A DNA stretch of 64,000 bases from Macrostomum hystrix (Eukaryota; Animalia; Platyhelminthes). The stretch spans positions 17,794,001-17,858,000 of the forward strand of contig CATNEN010000038.1 of the NCBI GenBank assembly GCA_950097015.1, read 5' to 3'. Below, in pieces: positions 46,201 through 58,844 of this stretch; the stretch's first letter is position 1; each line of letters opens with the position of its first letter. The notes under the pieces were generated by a model that saw nothing but the letters and a program-made list of their open reading frames with translations, did not search any database and had not been told where the DNA came from. Made by a program: the position numbers and the translations under genes.

Positions 46201-49200
46201 CCTCATCATTCAGGACCGTTTCCCTCATCATTCAGGACCGATTCCCTCATCATTCAGGACCGATTCCCTCATCCTTCAGCGCCGATTCCCTCATCCTTCA
46301 GGACCGATTCCCTCATCCTTCAGGACCGTTTCCCTTATCCTTCAGGACCGATTCCCTCATTATTCAGGGCCGATTCCCTCATCCTTCAGGGCCGATTCCC
46401 TCATCCTTCAGAGGCGGATTCCATCATCCTTCAGGACCGATTCCCTCATCCTTCAGGGCCGATTCCTTCATCCTTCAGGGCCGATTCCCTCATTATTCAG
46501 GACCGATTCCCTCATCCTTCTGGACCGATTCCCTCATCCTTCAGCGCCGTTTCCCTCATCATTCAGGACCGATTCCCTCATTATTCAGGGCCGATTCCCT
46601 CATCCTTCAGCGCCGTTTCCCTCATCATTCAGGACCGATTCCCTCATTATTCAGGGCCGATTCCCTCATCATTCAGGACCGATTCCCTCATCATTCAGGA
46701 CCGTTTCCCTCCTTATTCAGGACCGATTCCCTCATCATTCAGGACCGTTTCCCTCATCCTTCAGCGCCGATTCCCTCATCCTTCAGGACCGATTCCCTCA
46801 TCCTTCAGGACCGTTTCCCTTATCCTTCAGGACCGATTCCCTCATTATTCACGGCCGATTCCCTCATCCTTCAGGGCCGATTCCCTCATCCTTCAGAGGC
46901 GGATTCCATCATCCTTCAGGACCGATTCCCTCATCCTTCAGGGCCGATTCCTTCATCCTTCAGGGCCGATTCCCTCATTATTCAGGGCCGATTCCCTCAT
47001 CCTTCAGCGCCGTTTTCCTCATCCTTCAGGACCGATTCCCTCATCCTTCAGGATCGATTCCCTCATCCTTCAGCGCCGATTCCCTCATCATTCAGGACCG
47101 TTTCCCTCATCCTTCAGCGCCGATTCCCTCATCCTTCAGGACCGATTCCCTCATCCTTCAGGACCGATTCCCTCATCCTTCAGGACCGTTTCCCTCATCC
47201 TTCAGCGCCGTTTCCCTCATCTTTCAGCGCCGATTCCCTCATCCTTCAGCGCCGATTCCCTCATCCTTCAGCGCCGTTTCCCTCATCCTTCAGCGCCGTT
47301 TCCCTCATCCTTCAGCGCCGATTCCCTCATTATTCAGGGCCGATTCCCTCATCCTTCAGCGCCGTTTCCCTCATCCTTCAGGACCGATTCCCTCATCCTT
47401 CAGGACCGATTCCCTCATCCTTCAGCGCCGTTTCCCTCATCATTCAGGACCGATTCCCTCATTATTCAGGGCCGATTCCCTCATCCTTCAGCGCCGATTC
47501 CCTCATCTTTCAGCGCCGATTCCCTCATCCTTCAGGGCCGTTTCCATCATCCTTCAGCGCCGATTCCCTCATCCTTCAGCGCCGATTCCCTCATCCTTCA
47601 GCGCCGTTTCCCTCATCCTTCAGGACCGATTCCCTCATCCTTCAGCGCCGTTTCCCTCATCTTTCAGCGCCGATTCCCTCATCCTTCAGCGCCGATTCCC
47701 TCATCCTTCAGCGCCGTTTCCCTCATCTTTCAGCGCCGATTCCCTCATCCTTCAGCGCCGTTTCCCTCATCATTCAGGACCGATTCCCTCATCCTTCAGC
47801 GCCGATTCCCTCATCCTTCAGCGCCGATTCCCTCATCCTTCAGCGCCGATTCCCTCATCCTTCAGCGCCGTTTCCCTCATCCTTCAGGACCGATTCCCTC
47901 ATCCTTCAGGACCGATTCCCTCATCCTTCAGGACCGATTCCCTCATCCTTCAGGACCGATTCCCTCATCCTTCAGGACCGTTTCCCTCATCCTTCAGGAC
48001 CGATTCCCTCATCCTTCAGGACCGTTTCCCTCATCCTTCAGGACCGATTCCCTCATCCTTCAGCGCCGTTTCCCTCATCCTTCAGCGCCGATTCCCTCAT
48101 TATTCAGGGCCGATTCCCTCATCCTTCAGCGCCGTTTTCCTCATCCTTCAGGACCGATTCCCTCATCCTTCAGGATCGATTCCCTCATCCTTCAGCGCCG
48201 ATTCCCTTATCATTCAGGACCGTTTCCCTCATCCTTCAGCGCCGATTCCCTCATCCTTCAGGACCGATTCCCTCATCCTTCAGGACCGATTCCCTCATCC
48301 TTCAGGACCGTTTCCCTCATCCTTCAGGACCGATTCCCTCATCCTTCAGCGCCGTTTCCCTCATCATTCAGGACCGATTCCCTCATTATTCAGGGCCGAT
48401 TCCCTCATCCTTCAGCGCCGTTTCCCTCATCATTCAGGACCGATTCCCTCATTATTCAGGGCCGATTCCCTCATCATTCAGGACCGATTCCCTCATCATT
48501 CAGGACCGTTTCCCTCATCATTCAGGACCGATTCCCTCATCATTCAGGACCGTTTCCCTCATCCTTCAGCGCCGATTCCCTCATCCTTCAGGACCGATTC
48601 CCTCATCCTTCAGGACCGTTTCCCTCATCCTTCAGGACCGATTCCCTCATCCTTCAGCGCCGTTTCCCTCATAATTCAGGACCGATTCCCTCATTATTCA
48701 GGGCCGATTCCCTCATCCTTCAGCGCCGTTTCCCTCATCATTCAGGACCGATTCCCTCATTATTCAGGGCCGATTCCCTCATCATTCAGGACCGATTCCC
48801 TCATCATTCAGGACCGTTTCCCTCATCATTCAGGACCGATTCCCTCATCATTCAGGACCGTTTCCCTCATCCTTCAGCGCCGATTCCCTCATCCTTCAGG
48901 ACCGATTCCCTCATCCTTCAGGACCGTTTCCCTTATCCTTCAGGACCGATTCCCTCATTATTCAGGGCCGATTCCCTCATCCTTCAGGGCCGATTCCCTC
49001 ATCCTTCAGAGGCGGATTCCATCATCCTTCAGGACCGATTCCCTCATCCTTCAGGGCCGATTCCTTCATCCTTCAGGGCCGATTCCCTCATTATTCAGGA
49101 CCGATTCCCTCATCCTTCTGGACCGATTCCCTCATCCTTCAGCGCCGTTTCCCTCATCATTCAGGACCGATTCCCTCATTATTCAGGGCCGATTCCCTCA

Positions 49201-50155
49201 TCCTTCAGCGCCGTTTCCCTCATCATTCAGGACCGATTCCCTCATTATTCAGGGCCGATTCCCTCATCATTCAGGACCGATTCCCTCATCATTCAGGACC
49301 GTTTCCCTCATTATTCAGGACCGATTCCCTCATCATTCAGGACCGTTTCCCTCATCCTTCAGCGCCGATTCCCTCATCCTTCAGGACCGATTCCCTCATC
49401 CTTCAGGACCGTTTCCCTTATCCTTCAGGACCGATTCCCTCATTATTCAGGGCCGATTCCCTCATCCTTCAGGGCCGATTCCCTCATCCTTCAGAGGCGG
49501 ATTCCATCATCCTTCAGGACCGATTCCCTCATCCTTCAGGGCCGATTCCTTCATCCTTCAGGGCCGATTCCCTCATTATTCAGGACCGATTCCCTCATCC
49601 TTCTGGACCGATTCCCTCATCCTTCAGCGCCGTTTCCCTCATCATTCAGGACCGATTCCCTCATTATTCAGGGCCGATTCCCTCATCCTTCAGCGCCGTT
49701 TCCCTCATCATTCAGGACCGATTCCCTCATTATTCAGGGCCGATTCCCTCATCATTCAGGACCGATTCCCTCATCATTCAGGACCGTTTCCCTCATTATT
49801 CAGGACCGATTCCCTCATCATTCAGGACCGTTTCCCTCATCCTTCAGCGCCGATTCCCTCATCCTTCAGGACCGATTCCCTCATCCTTCAGGACCGTTTC
49901 CCTTATCCTTCAGGACCGATTCCCTCATTATTCAGGGCCGATTCCCTCATCCTTCAGGGCCGATTCCCTCATTATTCAGGATTGATTCCCTCATCCTTCA
50001 GGACCGTTTTCCTCATCCTTCAGAGGCGGATTCCATCATCCTTCAGGACCGATTCCCTCATCCTTCAGGGCCGATTCCTTCATCCTTCAGGGCCGATTCC
50101 CTCATTATTCAGGACCGATTCCCTCATCCTTCTGGAACGATTCACTCATCCTTCA
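37212..50155. repeat. ~13-kb 22-bp minisatellite (ccctcatccttcaggaccgatt variants) with 1122-bp higher-order repeat
   Basis: About 590 units. Rare variant gatcgatt at 39701, 40823, 41945 and at 47052, 48174 (spacing 1122 = 51 x 22). Confidence 0.98.
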
Positions 50156-50316
50156 GTGGCTGTTGGCAGATTCCATCATTCTTCTGTACTGTAGCTTTCG
50201 CCCGTTAAACCTGTTCTCTAATAACCACTGATTGCTTCCATTGTCTAATAAGACAGTTATTTAAGCATTTTTATATGAACAAACTATTATTAATAATGTA
50301 CATGCTGTCCGCAGAC

Positions 50317-53300
50317 ATGTCAAGCGCAGGCCTGAACTCTTCTAACAGCTTCGGCGTCAGCAACAGCAATAATAACGCCGCCCGCAGTCAGCTGCCAACG
50401 CCTAAAGCTAAGAAATATGACAGACAACTGCGCCTATGGGGCGATCACGGTCAGCAGGCGATTGAGCAGGCTAGAGTCCTGCTCATTGGCGCTAACTCAG
50501 TTGGCACCGAGACTCTGAAGAACATGGTCCTCCCTGGCGTCGGCTCATTCACCATCCTTGATCATCGGCGCGTCACCGATGAAGACTGCGGCGCGAATTT
50601 CTTTGTGGAATTGGCCAGTGTTGGCGAGCCGCGGGCCAAAGTGTGTGCGGAGCTTCTGCGCGAGCTCAACGACGATGTGGCCGGTGATTTTGTTGAAGAC
50701 CGGCTAGACGTACTGCTTCAACGCGATCCAGAATTCTTTCTTGGCTTTAGTCTTGTGATCGCCAGCAATGCCAGGCACAGCGACCTGCTGGTTCTCTCGG
50801 ATCTACTCTATGACAGAGGCGTGCCGCTGATTGTGTGCCAGCAGCACGGCATGCTTGCCACCTGTCAGCTGGTGGCTCGTGAGCACTTCGTCTGGGAGGC
50901 TCATCCAGATAATCCTCTGCCGGATTTGCGGCTAGAGCAGCCACTGCCAGAGTTTGTGGAATTCTGCGACTCCCAGGTCTGTGTTGCGAATTTCGGAAAC
51001 TAAAGGGAGATTGGAGACCGGGATTAGAGTGGGGAAGATTGGAGACCGGGATTAGAGTGGGGAAGATTGGAGACTGAGAAGAAAGAAGACGGGGATTAGG
51101 GTGGCTGGTAGATTAGAGACTTTTTTAGACTGACTGGGAGATTAGAGACTAAGATTAGACTGGCTTGGAGATCGGTGACTGAGATTAGACTGGATAGGAG
51201 ATTGGTGACTAAGATTAGACTGGCTTGGAGATCGGTGACTGAGATTAGAATTGCTGGCAGATTAGAGACTGTGATTAGAATTGCTGACAGATTAGTGACT
51301 GAGATTAGAATTGCTGACAGATTAGAGACTGTGATTAGAATTGCTGACAGATTAGAGACTGAGATTAGAATTGCTGACAGATTAGAGACTGTGATTAGAA
51401 TTGCTGACAGATTAGTGACTGAGATTAGAATTGCTGACAGATTAGAGACTGTGATTAGAATTGCTGACAGATTAGTGACTGAGATTAGAATTGCTGGCAG
51501 ATTAGAGACTGTGATTAGAATTGCTGACAGATTAGTGACTGAGATTAGAATTGCTGGCAGATTAGAGACTGTGATTAGAATTGCTGACAGATTAGTGACT
51601 GAGATTAGAATTGCTGACAGATTAGAGACTGTGATTAGAATTGCTGACAGATTAGTGACTGAGATTAGAATTGCTGGCAGATTAGAGACTGTGATTAGAA
51701 TTGCTGACAGATTAGTGACTGAGATTAGAATTGCGGACAGATTAGAGACTAGGATTAGAATTGCTGACAGATTAGAGACTGAGATTAGAATTGCGGACAG
51801 ATTAGAGACTAGGATTAGAATTGCTGACAGATTAGAGACTGAGATTAGACTGGATGGGAGATAAGCGACTGAGATTAGAATTACTGACAGATTAGAGACT
51901 GAGATTAGAATTGCGGACAGATTAGAGACTGAGATTAGACTGGCTTGGAGATCGGTGACTGAGATTAGACTGGATGGGAGATAAGCGACTGAGATTAGAA
52001 TTACTGACAGATTAGAGACTGAGATTAGACTGGATGGGAGATAAGCGACTGAGATTAGAATTACTGACAGATTAGAGACTGAGATTAGACTGGATGGGAG
52101 ATAAGCGACTGAGATTATAATTACTGACAGATTAGAGACTGAGATTAGACTGGATGGGAGATAAGCGACTGAGATTATAATTACTGACAGATTAGAGACT
52201 GAGATTAGACTGGATGGGAGATAAACGACTGATAGTATATGGCGGAGATTAGAGGAGCTAGTATCCTTAACTAGAAAAGGTCCTACTATTTCAAAGCATG
52301 GCCAAATCCGCAGGACCTATCCAGTATGGACAGCCAGCGCCACAGCCATACCCCCTGGCTGGTGATACTGTATAAATTTCTAATCGAATGGCGCCAAGCC
52401 AACGGCGGCAGATTTCCCTCCGGCTACGCTGACAGGCAAGCTGTTCGGCGACTAATCCGTTCCGGCGAGCGCGGCACCATGGCTAATAGCGAATCGGCAG
52501 ATCTACACGGCGACGAAGAGAATTGGCGACAAGCCCAGGCCGCCGTCACCACGGCTCTGTTGCCTAGCAACTTGCCCAGCCATCTAACTGAATTATTCGA
52601 ACTGGCCGACAGTCATTTTAATGCCGGCATCGACGATCGTCTAGCGTCCTCGCCGACGACAGCGTCGACCCCGTCTAGCCAGCCGGGCCACCACAGCTGG
52701 CTCATTCTCTGCCGAGCACTGTCTGACTTCTACAGGCAGCGCGGCTGTCTGCCACTGTGCGGCGGCCTGCCCGACATGGTCAGCGACTCGGATCGCTACG
52801 TGACCCTGTTGAATATCTACAAGCGAGCCGCTGAAGCCGATGTCGCCGAGTTCAGCAGAATATTGCGCTGTGTCTGCGCCAACCTGGGGAGAAGCGCCGA
52901 CTGCGTGCCCGCCAGCCTGACTGCCCTGTTCTGCAAGAATGCCAGGCATCTGCGATTAGTGCGCACCGCGCCTTATAGACAGGTAGGTAACTGGCGCTAG
53001 CTGCTCTTTGTTGCTATTTAGTCATCGCTTGCATGAGCTCATGACATTCTGTCGTCTGTCATCTTATGACCGTCATTTAGTCATCTGTGTCATAGGTTTA
53101 TGACCGTCATTTATTAATTAGTATTATATGCTCATGGCTGTCATTTCGTCATCAGTATGAGCATGGTAGTGTATCGTCATTAGCTTAAATCAAACATGAA
53201 TCATTAACATATTATCATCGTCATCGTCATAAAATGGCTGTCCATTATTCCTCCCGAAAACTCGCAGCTGAGTCGTCCCGAGCCTCAGCTTGTTGCCAGC

Positions 53301-53699
53301 TGCCTCGAAGAGACCGCGGCAGCTGAGACCGGGCCGTCGCCATTCTGGTGGTACATGCTGTTTCACAGCTGCGATCGCTTCCACGCCGAATTCGGCCGCT
53401 GGCCCGGCGACTCGGACGACGCCAATTTCCTAGCGGACGCCGGGCCGTTGAAGATCAAATGCCAGCAGGTGGCGCAGGATTGGCTAGGCTCGTCGCCGAC
53501 CTCGACCACCGCCGCAGTTCCTGAGGATCTGCTGCACGAACTGTGCAAATATGGCCGCGCCGAGGTGCACTCGGTGGCGGCTTGGATGGGCGGCGTGCTA
53601 GCACAGGAGGCAATCAAACTTATCACTGGCCAGTTTGTGCCAGAGACTAGGACTATGCTCTACGACGCCGTTTCCCAGACTTTCTCGCCTGTCTATTGA
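50317..53699 (+). CDS. NAE1: NEDD8-activating enzyme E1 regulatory subunit (APPBP1/ULA1), 3 exons join(50317..50976,52314..52982,53268..53699), ~586 aa
   Basis: KYDRQLRLWGDHGQ, GTETLKNMVLPGVGSFTI, HPDNPLPDLRL, HSHTPW, LPDMVSDSDRY, EVHSVAAWMGGVLAQEAIKLITGQFVP. Phase-0 GT-AG introns. Confidence 0.96.
51005..52232. repeat. 30-bp minisatellite filling NAE1 intron 1
   Basis: gagattagaattgctgacagattagagact, about 40 copies with alternating 60-bp dimers. Confidence 0.95.
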
Positions 53700-54249
53700 C
53701 AGTTGGAAATAATTTACTGGCTCTTTGTTCGCTGTGATTCGCTTTTCTGTCATGTGCTATCGAGTGTCTTTGTTTGGTCATAATGAGTGTCTCTGTTCGG
53801 TCATGTTCTTACCTGAGTGGCTTTGTTCACGCACGCCCTCTAGTGTCTAGTTCGGGTATTGCAGTTGGCGTCATCATAGTAAAAACACTTACAGCACACG
53901 CAAGTTCTGCATTTGCTGTGTTTAGTAAACAACAGTTTATTTAGTAGTTTTAATTTTTTTAGATTATATTGTGTGCTTTGTAATACATGATCTTAACTTT
54001 ATAATTTAAGTATGTTTCTGCCCTTAATTTTTATGTTCACATTGTTGTTTCAATTCATTTGATCAATGTTTGATATAAAATATTTTGCCCAAGTCAACTG
54101 TGCGTTACAGTTGACTCGTCGCACAAGTAGTGTTAAATATTTCTTTTAAAAATTGGTTCTTTTAATTAACCTGATTATATTCATATTAAGCTGGAGTAGT
54201 TTACTTTTCGTCATAGAGGCATTCTCAAAAACTCGTTGACTTTACCTCC

Positions 54250-54790
54250 ATGTATTCATCACGTGACAACTGACCTTGACATCTTAAATAGAATAATTGA
54301 ACGTTCATGTAAACATCACGTGACAACTGACCTTGACATCTTAAATAGAATAATTGAACGTTCATGTAAACATCACGTGACCACTGACCTTGATATCTTA
54401 AATAGAATAATTGAACGTTCATGTAAACATTACGTGACAACTGACCTTGACATCTTAATTAGAATAATTGAACCTTTATGTAAACATCACGTGACCACTG
54501 ACCTTGACATCTTAAATAGAATAATTGAACGTTCATGTAAACATTACGTGACAACTGACCTTGACATCTTAATTAGAATAATTGAACCTTCATGTAAACA
54601 TCACGTGACCACTGACCTTGACATCTTAAATAGAATAATTGAACCTTCATGTAAACATCACGTGACCACTGACCTTGACATCTTAAATAGAATAATTGAA
54701 CCTTCATGTAAACATCACGTGACCACTGACCTTGACATCTTAAATATAATATTACCTTAAATACCTTCATGTAAACATCACGTGACAACG
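54250..54790. repeat. 57-bp minisatellite
   Basis: catgtaaacatcacgtgaccactgaccttgacatcttaaatagaataattgaacctt, about 9 copies. Confidence 0.95.
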
Positions 54791-55427
54791 GAACATTAGA
54801 TACCTAAAGTACCCCTCTCTCTCAAATATCACGTGATGAATTAGAAAATAGTTAGATCCTTAGAAAACCGAAATAGTTCTTATTCGCTTTCATGCAGAAC
54901 TGTAACATTAATTCACTGTACAGAGTCGCTAGAGTCGAGAGTTCTTGGGGTTGTTTTACATACATTATTAATGAGAGCTGTGGTTCGTGGCCAAGCCTAA
55001 AAAATGAGACGCTTTAATTCCATTTACTTCCAGTTCCCATTTCTAGTCTCTAAGATTCGTGCCAAGCTCTGGTATCGTCTCTCCAGAAAGTTCTTTTCTG
55101 CAAAGTTAACTCACTCTGTGACCTGAAACACGCTTGCTTTACTTCAAGTTTCAGAAAAATTATGACGAGGTACTGGCCGGGACGCGAATAAATTAACGGT
55201 ATTCACTGAAAAGTTTAACGTTAAAAGTTTAGTTCATTTTGCATGAGTTTTTTGCTTATTGGTGCAGTGTGATTCAGTTTTAATTACGAGTACATAATGT
55301 ACATAGTGTTTACAAATCTGATGATTGATCTATTATATTGGTTTGCGGTATGAGATTTTCCTTCAAGAATGCATTTTTAATGCCTTTTATTGTTCCTAGC
55401 TAGTAGAATCACATTAGGGGCCATACA

Positions 55428-56010
55428 GTATGGAATCGAAGCAAGAACCATTCAGTAGCTATGGAATCGAAGCAAGAACCATCCAGTAGCTATGGAATCG
55501 AAGCAAGAACCATTCATTAGCTATGGAATCGAAGCAAGAACCATCCAGTAGCTATGGAATCGAAGCAAGAACCATCCAGTAGCTATGGAATCGAAGCAAG
55601 AACCATTCAGTAGCTATGGAATCGAAGCAAGAACCATCCAGTAGCTATGGAATCGAAGCAAGAACCATTCAGTAGCTATGGAATCGCGGCAGGAACTATA
55701 TATACTATAGGCTCAATGGAATCGCAGCAGACTATAGAATAGGTTCTATGGAATCGCAGCAAGAATTATGCACTTGGCTCTATGGAAGCGCAGCAACAGG
55801 AACCATCCAGTAGCTATGGAATCGAAGCAAGAAACATAGAGTAACTGGAATCGAAACAAGAAACATACAGTAACTTTGGAATCGAAGTGTAAAACATAAA
55901 GTAATTATGGAATCGAAGCAAGAAACATGCAGTAACTTTCGGAATCGAAGTTTAAAAAATAGAGTAATTTTGGAAGCGAAGCAAGAAACATACAGTAGCT
56001 ATATGGAATG
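55428..56010. repeat. 31-bp minisatellite (tatggaatcgaagcaagaaccatccagtagc), decaying rightwards
   Basis: Tandem copies visible. Confidence 0.92.
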
Positions 56011-56459
56011 GCTACACACGATTGCTTAACCATTGACTTTCAGTTGCTCTACACCACAGCAAATCAATTAAGTGACGATGACTCATCCACAATTAACGAG
56101 TGTTTGGTTGACTGAACGCAGTCTCTTATTGTCCCTTTGTGTCGGCCATAGCTTTGTCGGAAAACATCAAAGGATTCGATATTTCTTTAACCCGAACTGC
56201 CAGTCCACAAAATACCGGATCGCGGTCAAAAAGATCGAGTCAAACAGCTGACTTTCAGATTTCAGCAGCACGGTGACCATCAAACTCCTGGAGTTTCCAT
56301 TACACTCCTGGAATTGGTTTATGCAAAGAGACTGCATGCTGTTACAAAGAATAAGTGCCATATTTCAGTAATTTAGCAACAAAAATTGTGCACTGACGAT
56401 TTCTCAAAATTCTTCTTTTTGGTCTAGAAAAAACTGTGAAAGATTAGAAGATCGGAATA

Positions 56460-56910
56460 ATTATCTACCACCCCTCTACCATTTTATCTACCTTCCCTTT
56501 AAGATGATAGATAAAATCATTATGATATTCATCATTATGAAAATCATCATTATTATCATTATTGTATCTACAATCATTCTACCATTTTATCTACCAATCA
56601 TATACCATTGAATCTACCATCCCTCTACTATTTTTTCTACCGTCCATCTACCATTTATCTACCGTCTATCTACCATTTATCTACCATTTATCTACCATTT
56701 GTTCTACCATCTATCTACCATTTATCTACCATCCCTCTACCATTTATCTACCATCTATCTACCATTTATCACCGTCTATCTACCATTTATCTACCATCTA
56801 TCTACCATCTATCTACCACCCATCTACCATCTTATCTACCATCCCTCTACCATTTTGTCTGCCACCCTCTGCCATTTTATCCACCATTTCTCTACAATCG
56901 AATCTACCCC
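56460..56910. repeat. Degenerate (tctaccattta)n repeat
   Basis: Recurrent tctacca motif. Confidence 0.85.
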
Positions 56911-57539
56911 AAACTTATTAAATCTTATCTACGGATATCATTCTCCCATTCCATCCGTATTTCGTGTCTCTGCTATGGTATCCGAATTTCTGTAAAAGCT
57001 GACACTTTAATGAGTTTAAAAACCTCGAACGGACTTAAATTGACCTAGCGTAATGTAGCGTAAATTGCTCATACATTTGCCCAGCGCCCGAATCCCATGC
57101 TTATCCCAAATACCATTTTGCACTCTCCCTTTACTAGCAATGTCCCTTTTTCCTGTCTCCTCGCCTCCATTTTACACGCTAGCCTATAGCCCTATACATT
57201 TCCGGGCCTCTTAACTGAATTAGGGATCGTATCGGGCCCTGGGCGGGGGATTATAAAAGGACATTTCACTGGGAGAATTGATGAAGCAGAAACAAGAACT
57301 GCGCGTCCTTGTTTATCTAGAATCTTTCACGGCTATCTAAAGTGGTCTCGAAATGTTTTAAGTCTTACAGCCCATTATTATGGCCCATGAACTTACAGCT
57401 AGAAATAATTTTCTTTCTTTCATATTGTAATGATACGCTCCTATTATTATTGATCGATCATTTCGTGTCGATTTTTCGATCCTGTCATTCAAAGTAAGAT
57501 CATCCGTTCGTTCATCCACTCGGTCTTTCCCTCGAGCCA

Positions 57540-58166
57540 TCCACTACGGTCATGCATTCGGTCAATCATTTGCTTATCTAGTTGTCATCCACTTAGTCAT
57601 CTACCCGGTCATTCAGTTGCTCATCCGCTTGGTCATGCTCTTGGTCATTCATTCAGTCATGCTCTCGGTCGTTTATTCGGTCATCAACTCGGTCATTAAT
57701 TCGGTCATCCACTCTGTAATTCATTCGGTCATGCTCTCGGTCATTCTTTCGGTCATGCTCTGAGTCGTTCATTCGGTCATGCTCTCGGTCATTCTTTCGG
57801 TCATGCTCTCAGTCATTTATTCGGTCATGCCCTCGGTCATGTCCTGGGTCATTCTTTCGGTCATGCTCTCGGTCATTCTTTCGGTCATGCTCTGGGTCAT
57901 TCATTCGGTCATGCTCTCGGTCATTTATTCGGTCATCAAATCGGTCATCCACCCGGTCATCCAGTTGCCCATCTACTCAGTCATTGATTTGATCATGCTT
58001 TCGGTCATGCTCTCTGTCATTCATTCGGTCATGCTTTCGGTCATGCTCTCGGTCATTTATTTAGTCATTCTCTCAGTCATTTATTTAGTCATTCTCTCGG
58101 TCATTTATTCGGTCATGCTCTCGGTCATTTATTCGGTCATGCTCTCGATCATCCACTCGGTCATGC
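57540..58166. repeat. Degenerate 12-bp repeat (tcggtcatgctc)
   Basis: 12-bp periodic cggtcat motif. Confidence 0.9.
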
Positions 58167-58844
58167 CCTACACTTCCTACAGCTGCGGCAACCAATTCCA
58201 ACGGTTGTTTTTGTTTGAGGAAGAAAATTTTCTGCGACCGGATTCTGCCTGGCGCCCTGGTTGGCTGTTCAACTAATCCAGTCTTATCTTCTTTCCCTCC
58301 CTTTCTCTTCATCAGGGGTAGAAGTACAGAGCACAAGGAAGAATATTATATATATTATATATATACGTATATATGATTCAGTATTTGGCCGTGCTAACTC
58401 TGACCTCACACAAAACACCACAAGCCGATTCTCACAGTCTCAGTTACGAACTATTTCTATATATATAAATTTGCTCGCTAATTGAGTTTGGAAGTTATAG
58501 CCAGGCTTGAGACCTCGGTACACATCATTCGTCTCTATCACCCGACCCGAGGCCCGACCTTGTCTATCAGTTCGATTCGAGTGCTTGGTCCGTCAGAGCT
58601 TTGATCCTCTCTGTGATATTGGTCAGTGCCGCCCAGTTAGAATTATTAATAATGATAACCTAACCGGCTCTAGAGCTTTATTTGTATAAGAGCTCACTTT
58701 CCCCTGTTGCACAGTTGGAAATTATATCAACGATTGGTACCGCATAATCAGCTGAATTCCAAGCAGTTTAAAGATTATTTTCTGCTATAGCATAAAACTT
58801 GCCTTCACAAAGGTATTTTGCTACATTTTTGTTCTGATTGTTCT

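Noticed and set aside
57060-57300. Possible LTR or promoter (TATAAAAGG after a GC-rich patch)
   Set aside because: No second LTR, PBS/PPT or downstream ORF identifiable
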